A stretch of 64,000 bases of DNA from Candidatus Parendomicrobium reticulitermitis (GTDB taxonomy: Bacteria; Elusimicrobiota; Endomicrobiia; Endomicrobiales; Endomicrobiaceae): positions 26,023 to 90,022 of the forward strand of contig JAITTG010000087.1 in NCBI GenBank assembly GCA_031287095.1. The letters run 5' to 3'. The translations under genes and the position numbers were made by a program. The notes below the pieces were generated by a model. That model did not search any database. It was not told the DNA's origin and saw only the letters and a list, made by a program, of their open reading frames with translations. Below, piece after piece: positions 36,964-46,385 of the stretch. Numbering within the stretch: position 1 is the stretch's first letter; each line of letters begins with the position of its first letter.

Positions 36964-38031
36964 ATGCAAAACTTTTTAAGGAACAAAATCAAAACCATTT
37001 TTATAAGTCTTGGCGGCGGGTGTAATTTGTCATGCTCTTATTGCTCGCAAAAAAAAGAACACATAGAAAACATAGCCGTCGTCAACAAAGACATATATAG
37101 ATTTATCAAAGAGCATGCGTCTTATCACAGCAAATCCGACAAATTAAAAGTCTTATTTTACGGCGGCGAACCGCTTTTATATTTTGACAAAATCAAAACC
37201 ATTGCCAAAAAAATCAAAAGCAAAAAAATACATTTCACAATAATCACCAACGGCAAACTATTAAATCAGGAAATAGTAAAGTTTTTAAATAAATATAAAT
37301 TCGGCGTTCAAGTGTCTTGGGACGGGCGGGCAAGTTTAGAAAGCAGAGGCTTTGACGCCGTGAAAGAAAAAAAGGATTTATTGTTTAAACTAAACTCAAT
37401 GTCGTTCTCGTCTATTATCACGGACAAATTGAGATTAAAAGATTTAGTTGAGGATATTGAAACATTCAATACAGAGTATGCCAAACGCAATAACGGGCGT
37501 ATTGCTAATGCAATAGTTGACGCTGTTAGAGACAGAAATAATGCCGCAGGACGCATAGATTACAATGTATTAGAGCAAGACATGAGAGACTTGATTAAAA
37601 GCGTATTTGTAGAAGGTAAAAACGAGTCGTTTAAATATTGGTTTAATTTAGAGTTTAAAAATTTAAGAAACTTTATAACCGTTTATAAAGACAAACAAAG
37701 CGTCCTGTCTCCTTGCCCTGAAGGTTTGCAGCATATCAGCATAAATTTGAAAGGAGACATTTTGCATTGCCATAATGCAAGCGGCATAAACGGGACTATA
37801 TACAGCGATTATTATGAGTATTTAAGCAAGGTATTGAGTAAAACCAAGTCCTGTCAAGAAGGCGCTTTCTGCGAAGTATATTCATTATGTAAAGGCGGGT
37901 GCAAACTTGCCAATGCGCTCGGCGAAAATACGGACATATATTGCCAATCGCGCAAAGCGTTGTTAAAACCGATTTTAGAGTTTGTATCTTATTTACATTA
38001 TGCGCTAACAAAGGAGGTTGTAAATGTTTGA
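36964..38031 (+). CDS. radical SAM enzyme with C-terminal SPASM-like Cys cluster domain
   Basis: GCNLSCSYC (CX3CX2C), a GGEPLL motif, and C-terminal CPEGLQHISINLKGDILHC...CQEGAFCEVYSLCKGGC...C. Start at 36964; the track ORF from 36823 reads through the repeat array. Confidence 0.8.
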   Translation: MQNFLRNKIKTIFISLGGGCNLSCSYCSQKKEHIENIAVVNKDIYRFIKEHASYHSKSDKLKVLFYGGEPLLYFDKIKTIAKKIKSKKIHFTIITNGKLLNQEIVKFLNKYKFGVQVSWDGRASLESRGFDAVKEKKDLLFKLNSMSFSSIITDKLRLKDLVEDIETFNTEYAKRNNGRIANAIVDAVRDRNNAAGRIDYNVLEQDMRDLIKSVFVEGKNESFKYWFNLEFKNLRNFITVYKDKQSVLSPCPEGLQHISINLKGDILHCHNASGINGTIYSDYYEYLSKVLSKTKSCQEGAFCEVYSLCKGGCKLANALGENTDIYCQSRKALLKPILEFVSYLHYALTKEVVNV

Positions 38032-38827
38032 AATTAGAAATAATACGCAAACCCAAAATTCAAAAGATGAGACAAAATTAAGTTTAAATTTAAAAGGACA
38101 AAAACTCTTTATCAATGTAGAAAGAGAGGACGCTCAATTTAACGAAGTATTAAATTTAAAATCTTATTCTATGTATAAAGTATTTCAGACAGATAATGAA
38201 CCTATATACTTTGTAGATGTCAACAGAATAACTTCGCTATTTAGACTGCCCAGAAAAGATTATAAGCAATTGCCAAATGACTCGGGCTATATCTTTTCCA
38301 TTAAAACGGGAATGATTTCAGACAGCGTCCGCGATATTCTAATAGACAATAAAGACATAAAAAAAGAAAACATCAAAATAATATCGGATATGCCTTACAA
38401 TCAATCGGATTTAGACTTTAAACTAAAACTCGCCATGCAAGACAAAACGCTTCTTGATTACTTTTCTCTATCTGCAAACGGGCAGGAATACAAAGCCGAC
38501 AGCGCAGGCAATAATATAGACGGCGATTTTGACAAACCGATAATCCCGCTTTATACCGATGGCAAAAGCAATTTACCCTTTGCAGAGTTTGTCATTCAAA
38601 AATATCTGCGCCGTTTTGAAGCGCCTTTAAACAGAGACATAGACAATGACGAAGTAACCGTTGAAAGTTCGGCTGGTTTAGTAAATACGCGGCGCGCATA
38701 TATGCAAAACGGCATTACAAAATTCAGGCTTTATCCTTTCGGTTATGAGGGCAAAATCAAAATCAAAATCGGACGGCGTTGGTATGAAAACTTAAACGAA
38801 TACAATTTAATTTTAGGCGGCGCATAA
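38024..38827 (+). CDS. hypothetical protein, translationally coupled to the rSAM gene
   Basis: 8-nt overlap with the rSAM stop. 267 aa, no Cys, very AT-rich like the rSAM gene. No family recognised. Confidence 0.5.
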   Translation: MFEIRNNTQTQNSKDETKLSLNLKGQKLFINVEREDAQFNEVLNLKSYSMYKVFQTDNEPIYFVDVNRITSLFRLPRKDYKQLPNDSGYIFSIKTGMISDSVRDILIDNKDIKKENIKIISDMPYNQSDLDFKLKLAMQDKTLLDYFSLSANGQEYKADSAGNNIDGDFDKPIIPLYTDGKSNLPFAEFVIQKYLRRFEAPLNRDIDNDEVTVESSAGLVNTRRAYMQNGITKFRLYPFGYEGKIKIKIGRRWYENLNEYNLILGGA

Positions 38828-38834
38828 AATAATG

Positions 38835-38862
38835 GCAGGGGCGAACCTATATGTTCGCCCGC
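38835..38862 (+). repeat. REP palindrome GCAGGGGCGAAC-CTATAT-GTTCGCCC
   Basis: Stem variant of the GGGGCAGAC...GTCTGCCCC family; both arms changed together. Confidence 0.7.
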
Positions 38863-38886
38863 AAAACAAACAACAGGAGGCAACAA

Positions 38887-39678
38887 ATGAACGGACAATT
38901 TACCAATCCCGCGCCGCAAATATACGGCGACGGAATTTTTGCAAACTATGTTAGGAACTCAAAAAACGCAAGCGGCAACGCTTTAGCCGCCGCATTACAA
39001 GCGGACGCCGACAAAAAGAAATCAATGCAAAATCCCGGCGGTAAAAGTTATGCGACAAGCAAACTTGAAGAAGCGGGCAAAATGGGCGCGGGCTATGTAA
39101 GCGGTTTAGCAAATGTATTAGCGGGCGTTTCGCAAGGGCATGACGCAAACAAACAAAAAGAATACGACGCGTATAAAAACGAGAAATTAGCAAACGCCAT
39201 GGCTACAGGCGACGCTTCAAGCGCGGTAGAGTTTGACGCGGACTTGGCAAAAACTTTAGCCGAAAACAATCTCAAAAAACAACAAGCCGCCGAGAAAATG
39301 GCTTTTGATAAAGAAATGAATCAAAGCAATCAAGATTATGATTATCAAAAAGTATTAGGCAGTTACGGACAGCAAAGCAAAGAAAACGCCGCTCAAAGAA
39401 AACTCCAATGGGACATAGCAAACCTAAAAGACGCAAGCGCAGGCGGCGGCGATGACAAGACAATAGCGGGAATGCCCGAGAAAGCCTTTTATGAGTTATA
39501 CAACAAATTAAGTCCGAAAGACCAAGCGCAAGTATTGCAAAAACCCGACCTTATACACGCAAGCAAAAACAGAGGCTTTTTTGGTTCAAAACTCGGCGCA
39601 GGCAAACATAGCGCGGTATTGGGCAAAGGCGCGCCTCAAACAGCGCAAAATCCCTACGCGTCAAAATATGGCTTTTAA
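38887..39678 (+). CDS. low-complexity A/K/Q/G-rich phage protein (internal virion protein-like)
   Basis: ATG at 38887 behind AGGAGG. GC-rich like the phage backbone. The last 11 codons are duplicated downstream of the REP at 39680. Confidence 0.45.
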   Translation: MNGQFTNPAPQIYGDGIFANYVRNSKNASGNALAAALQADADKKKSMQNPGGKSYATSKLEEAGKMGAGYVSGLANVLAGVSQGHDANKQKEYDAYKNEKLANAMATGDASSAVEFDADLAKTLAENNLKKQQAAEKMAFDKEMNQSNQDYDYQKVLGSYGQQSKENAAQRKLQWDIANLKDASAGGGDDKTIAGMPEKAFYELYNKLSPKDQAQVLQKPDLIHASKNRGFFGSKLGAGKHSAVLGKGAPQTAQNPYASKYGF

Positions 39679-39679
39679 T

Positions 39680-39706
39680 GTAGGGGCGAACCCATGTGTT
39701 CACCCG
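39680..39706 (+). repeat. GTAG-headed REP palindrome inserted at a gene junction
   Basis: GTAGGGGCGAAC-CCATGT-GTTCACCCG, flanked by diverged ~33-nt direct repeats (39646-39678 and 39710-39741). Confidence 0.75.
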
Positions 39707-39753
39707 TCTCAAAATCCCTATGCGGGAAATATAGTTTTTAACAAGAGGATTAT

Positions 39754-42207
39754 ATGAATAAAAATTTAGCGCAGATTAGAAACAATGTAGGCATAATGCT
39801 ATCCAAAGGCGCGCCGGAAGAGGATATAGACGGCTATTTAGCCAGCGTAGGCTCAAACGCCGACGAAATCAAAAACTATAAAGACCCGGGCATAGTATCT
39901 GCCGGCTTGTTTGCAAATGCCGCCGAAGGCGCGACAGTAGGTCTTGCCGATGTGTTATACGGCGCAGGCGGCGCGTCATTAAAGAAGTTCAAAGACGCCG
40001 TCAGCGGCAACGATAACAGTCCCAAAATAACAAGGGGGCTTTCAGGTTTTACTCTTATAAACGACGGCGACAATAAATTGAGGCAAGCCACAAAAGAGGA
40101 AGACGACGCAAACAAAGCGTCATGGAGCAACCTATTTAACGAATACAGAAAAGACTTTAACGATACCAAAAATCAATACAATGATTATCACGGCGCAATC
40201 GGCACGGTGGCAGATGTGGCGGGCAGTTTTGCTCCTATCATATTAACAGGCGGCGCGGGAGCATTAGTCAAAGGCGGCGCAACGGCTGGCAAAGCGGGTT
40301 TAGGTCAATTAGCAAAACAAGGATTTAAAACAGGCGGCAAATGGGGCGGCGCTTACGGCGCGGGCAATGGTTTAACAGAAGGGGACGAATTGTCAATCGG
40401 CAACGCTTTATTAGGCGGCGCAACAGGTTTAGGTATGGGAGCGGCAGGCGGGGCATTATTGCCTGTATTGGGTTCTTTTGCGGGCAAAGCGATAAAACCT
40501 TTTACAAAGCAAGGCAAGTTTGACAGATTCGCAAAAAAAATCGGGATGGATAAAATTGACGAGTCAATAGAAAACAATAGACCGCTTATAGAGAATGCCG
40601 ATGAGAATATAATGTCAATGGCGGAAGGAGCAGGTCTTAATAATGTCGGCGCCCGTCAAATACTGCATGACTATGCCAATATAAGAAAAGGACAGCAAGT
40701 AGGCATAATTGACGACCAAATAAATAATACTTTTGGCGCAAAAGGCGCAGACGCAGTGACAAGAGAGATTGAGGAAGCGGGTAAAAGAGAGTATCAAATG
40801 CTTTATGATAAGGCACTAAACCAGCCTCACGGCGTTATACCTAATTTAGAACCAACCTTAAAAAACCCGCGCATTGCCAAAGCGTTAAAAGTAGTCCGCA
40901 AAGAATATCCCGAATACGACCAATTTCCAGACACGCATATACAAGTGCTTGACTTAGTTAAACAACAATTAGACGACGATATAGCCAAAGCGGTGAATTT
41001 TAATGAAAAGTTAAAAGCAGGCTTTTTACTTGAAGCAAAAGATAATTTAGTAGCGAAACTTGATAAAGCGTCGCCAATATACAAAGAGGCAAGAGGTTCA
41101 TTTGCCGGCATGAAAGATTTGCAATCTTTTGTTGATAAAGGCAGAAACTACAACAAAATGACAAGAGAAGAGATAGAGGAATTATCTAAAACTTTAACGC
41201 CGGAAAACAAAAAAGCCTTTAATGCCGGCATAAGAGAAACGCTTATAAAGAACCTTGACGACGGGGCAAAGAGCGAGGGTGTAAATGTTGCAAGGCGGGT
41301 ATTTGACGACAGCACTTTACGCAAACTTGAAGGATTGGGCATAGACGATTTTCAACAATTAAAAGACATCATGCTTAAAGAAAGGCAAACAATGCAAAAC
41401 ATCAATCGCTTTGCAAGCGGCAGTCAAACAGCGGAACGAGAAGCCGATAAACAATTTAGGCAAGCCTTGCCTGTAAAAATGATTTTTAACCCAATCCGCA
41501 CAGCTAAGAAACTTACAGAAAAAGCATATTTAAAAGCATTAGGTTTAGGCGATGAAGAGATTGCAAGATATTTGACAAATACAGGCGCGCTTGCGAAAGC
41601 AAGGAGCGGAGGAACATCAAGCCGTGTAAATATCAATCCAGTATTTACAAAAGGCTATTCTGCCACGCAACTCAAAGATAAGGCAATAAAAAATGAAATA
41701 CGAGATAAATATGCCGATTGGTATAAGAATAATTTACAAGGTGAGAAATATCAAAAAGAAGGGTTAGAAAGCGATATAGATTTTAATAGATTTGGTAAGA
41801 ACGAACCTCAAAGCAATAGCGCTTATATAAATAAGTTGGACTTTGGAAAGTATGCAAAAGAATTGATTGATACAGGTAAATTAAGTGGTCAAAAGAAACT
41901 GAAACACCCAAGTGAGCGATATAAGTATTTTAAGAATATTTATACTCCCGTAGAATATAACGGAAAGAAAATGAAATCAAGCATATTTTTAGGTAAAAAT
42001 AAATTTGATTCAGGCTATACCTATCACGATTTTTCGCCTATGGATTATAGTGTCATTGGGGATTATCTTTATAACAGACCAGCAGATAATAAACTCAATG
42101 ATATAACAAAGTTACTTGGAAGTTTTGCAGGAATAAAACAAGATTTAGTAAGTAATCCTATCAGAAAACTGCTTGGAAGTTATGAATATTTATTAAGGAA
42201 AAAATAA
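39754..42207 (+). CDS. large multi-domain virion protein (polyvalent/ejection-protein-like) with an AT-rich C-terminal module
   Basis: 817 aa. Gly-rich segment at aa 150-245. Composition switches to AT-rich near 41640. LGSFA-type motif recurs four times. Confidence 0.45.
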   Translation: MNKNLAQIRNNVGIMLSKGAPEEDIDGYLASVGSNADEIKNYKDPGIVSAGLFANAAEGATVGLADVLYGAGGASLKKFKDAVSGNDNSPKITRGLSGFTLINDGDNKLRQATKEEDDANKASWSNLFNEYRKDFNDTKNQYNDYHGAIGTVADVAGSFAPIILTGGAGALVKGGATAGKAGLGQLAKQGFKTGGKWGGAYGAGNGLTEGDELSIGNALLGGATGLGMGAAGGALLPVLGSFAGKAIKPFTKQGKFDRFAKKIGMDKIDESIENNRPLIENADENIMSMAEGAGLNNVGARQILHDYANIRKGQQVGIIDDQINNTFGAKGADAVTREIEEAGKREYQMLYDKALNQPHGVIPNLEPTLKNPRIAKALKVVRKEYPEYDQFPDTHIQVLDLVKQQLDDDIAKAVNFNEKLKAGFLLEAKDNLVAKLDKASPIYKEARGSFAGMKDLQSFVDKGRNYNKMTREEIEELSKTLTPENKKAFNAGIRETLIKNLDDGAKSEGVNVARRVFDDSTLRKLEGLGIDDFQQLKDIMLKERQTMQNINRFASGSQTAEREADKQFRQALPVKMIFNPIRTAKKLTEKAYLKALGLGDEEIARYLTNTGALAKARSGGTSSRVNINPVFTKGYSATQLKDKAIKNEIRDKYADWYKNNLQGEKYQKEGLESDIDFNRFGKNEPQSNSAYINKLDFGKYAKELIDTGKLSGQKKLKHPSERYKYFKNIYTPVEYNGKKMKSSIFLGKNKFDSGYTYHDFSPMDYSVIGDYLYNRPADNKLNDITKLLGSFAGIKQDLVSNPIRKLLGSYEYLLRKK

Positions 42208-42355
42208 AAAAAGAGTCGTTCAACGGCTTGCACTCAAAGGCAAGATATTAAAGCGACTCTTTTCTTACACGCGTGCTGGCGAGTGAATTCCCTCACCAAC
42301 GATAAGTGAATATATAAAAAATCTTTTTTAATGTCAACAAATAGGAGGTCACAAA

Positions 42356-42661
42356 ATGCAACAAATACCAATCCACACAGACGGCAAACCTGAAGGCGAG
42401 ATGTCGGCGTTTTGCCTATGCAAAGAGGGCAACGGCGCAGTTCTTGAAACCATAGGTTTAACAGAAGGACAAATCCAAATTGAAATGACGACATTTCAAG
42501 ACAATTACAAGTCTTGCGCAGACGACGACGGCAACCCCTTAATAATCACGCCGACAGACAATTTGATAGTTGAATTAGAAAACGCGCCATACTACATAAG
42601 GGCGATGTATGACGGCGCCCAAGACGCAAGCGAAATAACAATAGTATTAAGGAGGCAATAA
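42356..42661 (+). CDS. hypothetical small acidic phage protein
   Basis: 101 aa, strong AGGAGG SD. Its stop overlaps the next start (TAATG). Confidence 0.45.
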   Translation: MQQIPIHTDGKPEGEMSAFCLCKEGNGAVLETIGLTEGQIQIEMTTFQDNYKSCADDDGNPLIITPTDNLIVELENAPYYIRAMYDGAQDASEITIVLRRQ

Positions 42662-42963
42662 TGGGATTTTGGAAAAAACATTTCGGCAAAACCAGCGGCG
42701 CAGTAAAAGCCGCATGGGGCAAAATAACAGGCGACATAGATGCTCAAACGGACTTGAAAGATAAACTTGACGGCAAAGCAGACATTGCCAACACTTACAC
42801 AAAAGCCGAGACAGACGAAGAAATAACAAACGCTCAATTAGCAACACAGCAATGGCTTCCTGCGGTTGATACAAAAGCATTTGTCATATTTATCAAGGAG
42901 CGTATATTCTATAAGTTTGATTGCTATGTTTACATCGGATTCTTTTTCCTCGTGTCTTTGTAA
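42661..42963 (+). pseudogene. N-terminal fragment of a phage tail-fibre-like protein
   Basis: DIDAQTDLKDKLDGKADIANTYTKAETDEEITNAQ is a common tail-fibre N-terminal pattern. After about aa 72 the frame turns into AT-rich nonsense, which marks a deletion junction. Confidence 0.45.
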
Positions 42964-42989
42964 ACAGCCGGTAGTGGGCGTTGAACAAT

Positions 42990-43304
42990 TTAGATATTTT
43001 CTTTGTTATTACATTTTGTTATTGATTTATATTTAAAGTTTCCGAGAATGATTTCAATGTTTAAAAAATTTAATGCAAATAGATATGTTTTATGTCTTTG
43101 AACAGAAGCAATCCCTATATATTTTGCTAATGCAGAAAAGTGTATGATTTCTGCATTTGTTTTATCATCAGTATCATTTAAAAAAGATTCAATAAGCGTT
43201 CTATAATTAATCCATTTTATAGGACTCTTAAACTTGCGCTGATAAATGTTTATTTTATGATAGTAATTAAATCCATCTATTAACGCTAAAATTCTGTTTT
43301 TCAT
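42990..43304 (-). pseudogene. NYN-domain (LabA-like) protein fragment
   Basis: MKNRILALIDGFNYYH... N-terminus is typical of NYN nucleases. Only about 104 aa, ending before the usual C-terminal part. Confidence 0.4.
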
Positions 43305-43553
43305 ATTATTACCCTTTATGCAAAAAAAGAGGGGCAACTCTAATGAGTTTCCCCGACCGCTTAATAAAATGGAGTGTAAGGAAAAGGCGCTCGCATCTCA
43401 CGCCTGCCGCCAGATATGCGCCCTTTATTCATTGCGCGGCGGCTGCAACTTGCGAGAAGCCTTTGTTGTTGTATAACGCATCATAACCAACTCCTGTCCA
43501 AAAATAGTAAAATACTCCCTTTGAAAAAATCACATACAAGGAGTTAAACTCAA

Positions 43554-46385
43554 ATGGACATCATCAAAATTCGCGGCGCGCGCCAGCACAATCTTAAAAA
43601 TATTGACTTGGATATTCCAAGAAATAAATTGGTTGTAATCACGGGACTTTCAGGTTCGGGTAAATCTTCTCTTGCTTTTAATACTATTTATGCCGAAGGG
43701 CAGAGGAGATATGTAGAGTCTCTTTCCGCTTATGCCCGCCAATTTTTAGAATTGCTTGAAAAACCCGATGTTGATATTATAGAAGGTCTTTCTCCCGCCA
43801 TATCTATAGAGCAAAGAAATCCGTCGCATAATCCTCGTTCCACTGTAGGCACTGTCACAGAAATTTATGATTATTTGAGGCTTTTATTTGCAAGAGTAGG
43901 CGTTCCTCATTGCCCTAAATGCGGTAAGGAAATTCACCCGCAATCAGCGCAGCAAATCATTGATGAAGTGATGAAAATTGCGGAAGGTTCTCTGATACAT
44001 ATATTGTCGCCTCTCATCAAAGGGCATACCGGAACTTACGAAGAACTTTTTGCCCGTCTTGCTAAAAGCGGATATACGAGAGTGAGAGTAGACGGTAAAG
44101 TTTATAATCTGGAAGATAAAATAGCGTTGGACAGATACAAAAAACACAGCATAGACATAGTTGTGGACAGAATAAAAATGAATGATACGGCAAGAGCAAG
44201 AGTTGCAAGTTCTATTGAGACGGCATTAAAAGAATCAAAAGGTCTTGCGGCGGCGGCTATTGTCTCAAAGGATGGAAAAGTTTTGTCCGAACAGATTTTT
44301 AGCGAAAAATATTCTTGTATAGATTGCGGTATAAGCATTTTAGAAATTGAGCCGCGCTTATTTTCTTTCAATACCCCTTTTGGCGCTTGCCCTGAATGCT
44401 CAGGTCTTGGCAATAAAATTGAAATTGATGAAAATTTAGTAGTGCCGGACAAAAAAAGAGCGATAAAATACGGAGCAATCGCCGCTTGGTCTGAGCCTAT
44501 TACCACAAGAACAAATAGATGGAAAAATTCTTGGGGCGGCTATTATTGGGATTTATTAAGCGAGGCGGCAAAACGCAACAAAATCCCGCTTGAAAAACCT
44601 TGGGAAGAATTGTCAAGAAAGCAGCAAGAGATTATGTTATACGGCGACGGCGGTTTTGAAGGCGTGATTACCAATATGAAGCGCCGTTACGACGAGACAG
44701 AATCCGATTTTGTCCGCGAAGAAATTTTTAATAAGTATATGAGTTCAAAAATTTGCCCGTCTTGCAAAGGCAAAAGGTTAAAAAAAGAGGCTCTGTCTGT
44801 TCTTATAGACAATAAGTCCATAGCCGATATTACAAAAATGTCAGTAGAGCAAAGTTTAAAATTTTTTGGCGAGATTGAATTCAGCGCAAAAAACAAAATC
44901 ATCAGCAAAGCCGTATTAAAAGAAATCAAAGACAGGCTGTTTTTTCTAAACAATGTCGGGCTTGGCTATTTGAGTTTGGCAAGGGAAAGCGGCACGCTTT
45001 CAGGCGGGGAGGGGCAAAGGATACATCTTGCCACGCAAATCGGCTCTGGTCTTACGGGAGTTTTATATGTTTTAGACGAGCCTTCTATCGGTCTTCATCA
45101 AAGAGACAATGATAAATTGCTTGAAACTTTAAGAAAACTCAGAGATTTAGGAAATTCGTTGATAGTGGTAGAGCATGACGAGGACACAATAAGAGCGGCG
45201 GATTTTGTTATTGATTTAGGTCCCGGCGCGGGAACGCATGGCGGGCAAATCACCGGGATAGGAACGCCGTCAGATATAATCAAATCTAAAAAATCTATCA
45301 CGGGACAATATCTAAACGGCAAACTCAGCATCCCTCTTCCCAAAAAGAGAAAACAGCCGTCTGGCAAATGCTTGAGCGTCAAAGGCGCGTCTCATTTCAA
45401 TTTAAAAAATATAAATATTGATATACCGCTCGGTTTATTTGTCTGCATAAGCGGAGTGTCGGGCAGCGGAAAATCCACTTTGGTTCATGAAATCATATAT
45501 AAAAATCTTGCTCAGTCCATTTATGGCTCAAAGGCTCAGCCCGGAAAATTCAAAGAGATGAATGGTATGGAAAATATAGACAAAGTTGTAATTGTCGACC
45601 AATCTCCCATAGGCAGAACGCCGCGTTCAAATCCCGTCACCTATACGGGCGCATTTACTATCGTCAGAGATTTGTTTGCTCAAATGCCTGAGTCCAAAGC
45701 GAGAGGTTATACTTCCGGCAGATTTTCTTTTAATGTTAAAGGCGGCAGATGCGAAAATTGTCAAGGCGACGGAACTTTAAAAATAGCGATGCAATTTCTG
45801 CCCGACCTTTATGTCAATTGCGACATTTGCAACGGTAAAAGGTTTAATGACGAGACTTTGCAAATAAAATATAAAGGTAAAAACATATACGAAATTTTGG
45901 ATATGACTATAGAAGAAGGCGTTAAATTCTTTGAAAACATTCCAACGCTAAAAAGAATTTTAGAAACAATAAACGATGTGGGATTAGGCTATATAAAACT
46001 CGGACAACCCGCCACAACTCTTTCCGGCGGCGAAGCCCAAAGGGTAAAACTTGCATCAGAACTTTCCAAAAGAGCCACAGGCAGAACAATTTACATTCTT
46101 GACGAGCCGACAACTGGCTTACATTTTGCCGATGTAGGAAAACTTTTAGAAGTTTTGCAGCGGCTAACTTATGCGGGCAACACAGTTTTGGTAATAGAGC
46201 ATAATTTAGATGTGTTAAAAACCGCAGATTGGATAATAGATTTAGGTCCTGAAGGCGGCGAAGCCGGGGGCAAAATAATCGCTGCGGGATCTCCCGAACA
46301 AATAATAAAAAACCAAAAATCATGGACAGGGCAGTATTTGAAAGCGCATATAGGACAAAAGAAATTGTCGTCATTGCGGACTTGA
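43554..46385 (+). CDS. uvrA: excinuclease ABC subunit A
   Basis: 943 aa. [42 protein letters not shown], two ABC modules and Zn-finger Cys pairs. The last codons SSLRT-stop lie in a repeat. Confidence 0.95.
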   Translation: MDIIKIRGARQHNLKNIDLDIPRNKLVVITGLSGSGKSSLAFNTIYAEGQRRYVESLSAYARQFLELLEKPDVDIIEGLSPAISIEQRNPSHNPRSTVGTVTEIYDYLRLLFARVGVPHCPKCGKEIHPQSAQQIIDEVMKIAEGSLIHILSPLIKGHTGTYEELFARLAKSGYTRVRVDGKVYNLEDKIALDRYKKHSIDIVVDRIKMNDTARARVASSIETALKESKGLAAAAIVSKDGKVLSEQIFSEKYSCIDCGISILEIEPRLFSFNTPFGACPECSGLGNKIEIDENLVVPDKKRAIKYGAIAAWSEPITTRTNRWKNSWGGYYWDLLSEAAKRNKIPLEKPWEELSRKQQEIMLYGDGGFEGVITNMKRRYDETESDFVREEIFNKYMSSKICPSCKGKRLKKEALSVLIDNKSIADITKMSVEQSLKFFGEIEFSAKNKIISKAVLKEIKDRLFFLNNVGLGYLSLARESGTLSGGEGQRIHLATQIGSGLTGVLYVLDEPSIGLHQRDNDKLLETLRKLRDLGNSLIVVEHDEDTIRAADFVIDLGPGAGTHGGQITGIGTPSDIIKSKKSITGQYLNGKLSIPLPKKRKQPSGKCLSVKGASHFNLKNINIDIPLGLFVCISGVSGSGKSTLVHEIIYKNLAQSIYGSKAQPGKFKEMNGMENIDKVVIVDQSPIGRTPRSNPVTYTGAFTIVRDLFAQMPESKARGYTSGRFSFNVKGGRCENCQGDGTLKIAMQFLPDLYVNCDICNGKRFNDETLQIKYKGKNIYEILDMTIEEGVKFFENIPTLKRILETINDVGLGYIKLGQPATTLSGGEAQRVKLASELSKRATGRTIYILDEPTTGLHFADVGKLLEVLQRLTYAGNTVLVIEHNLDVLKTADWIIDLGPEGGEAGGKIIAAGSPEQIIKNQKSWTGQYLKAHIGQKKLSSLRT

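Noticed and set aside
36964-38031. The phage-embedded rSAM enzyme as a prokaryotic viperin (antiviral nucleotide synthase)
   Set aside because: It has a seven-Cys SPASM-like C-terminal domain and lacks any viperin-like C-terminal nucleotide-binding region that I can recognise. The architecture fits peptide- or protein-modifying rSAM enzymes better.
38024-38827. The 267-aa protein as the missing major capsid protein or an encapsulin
   Set aside because: Its position would fit, but its composition is AT-rich like the inserted rSAM gene rather than like the phage backbone. It is short for an HK97-fold capsid protein, and no capsid-like motif is recognisable by eye. The question is left open for structure prediction.
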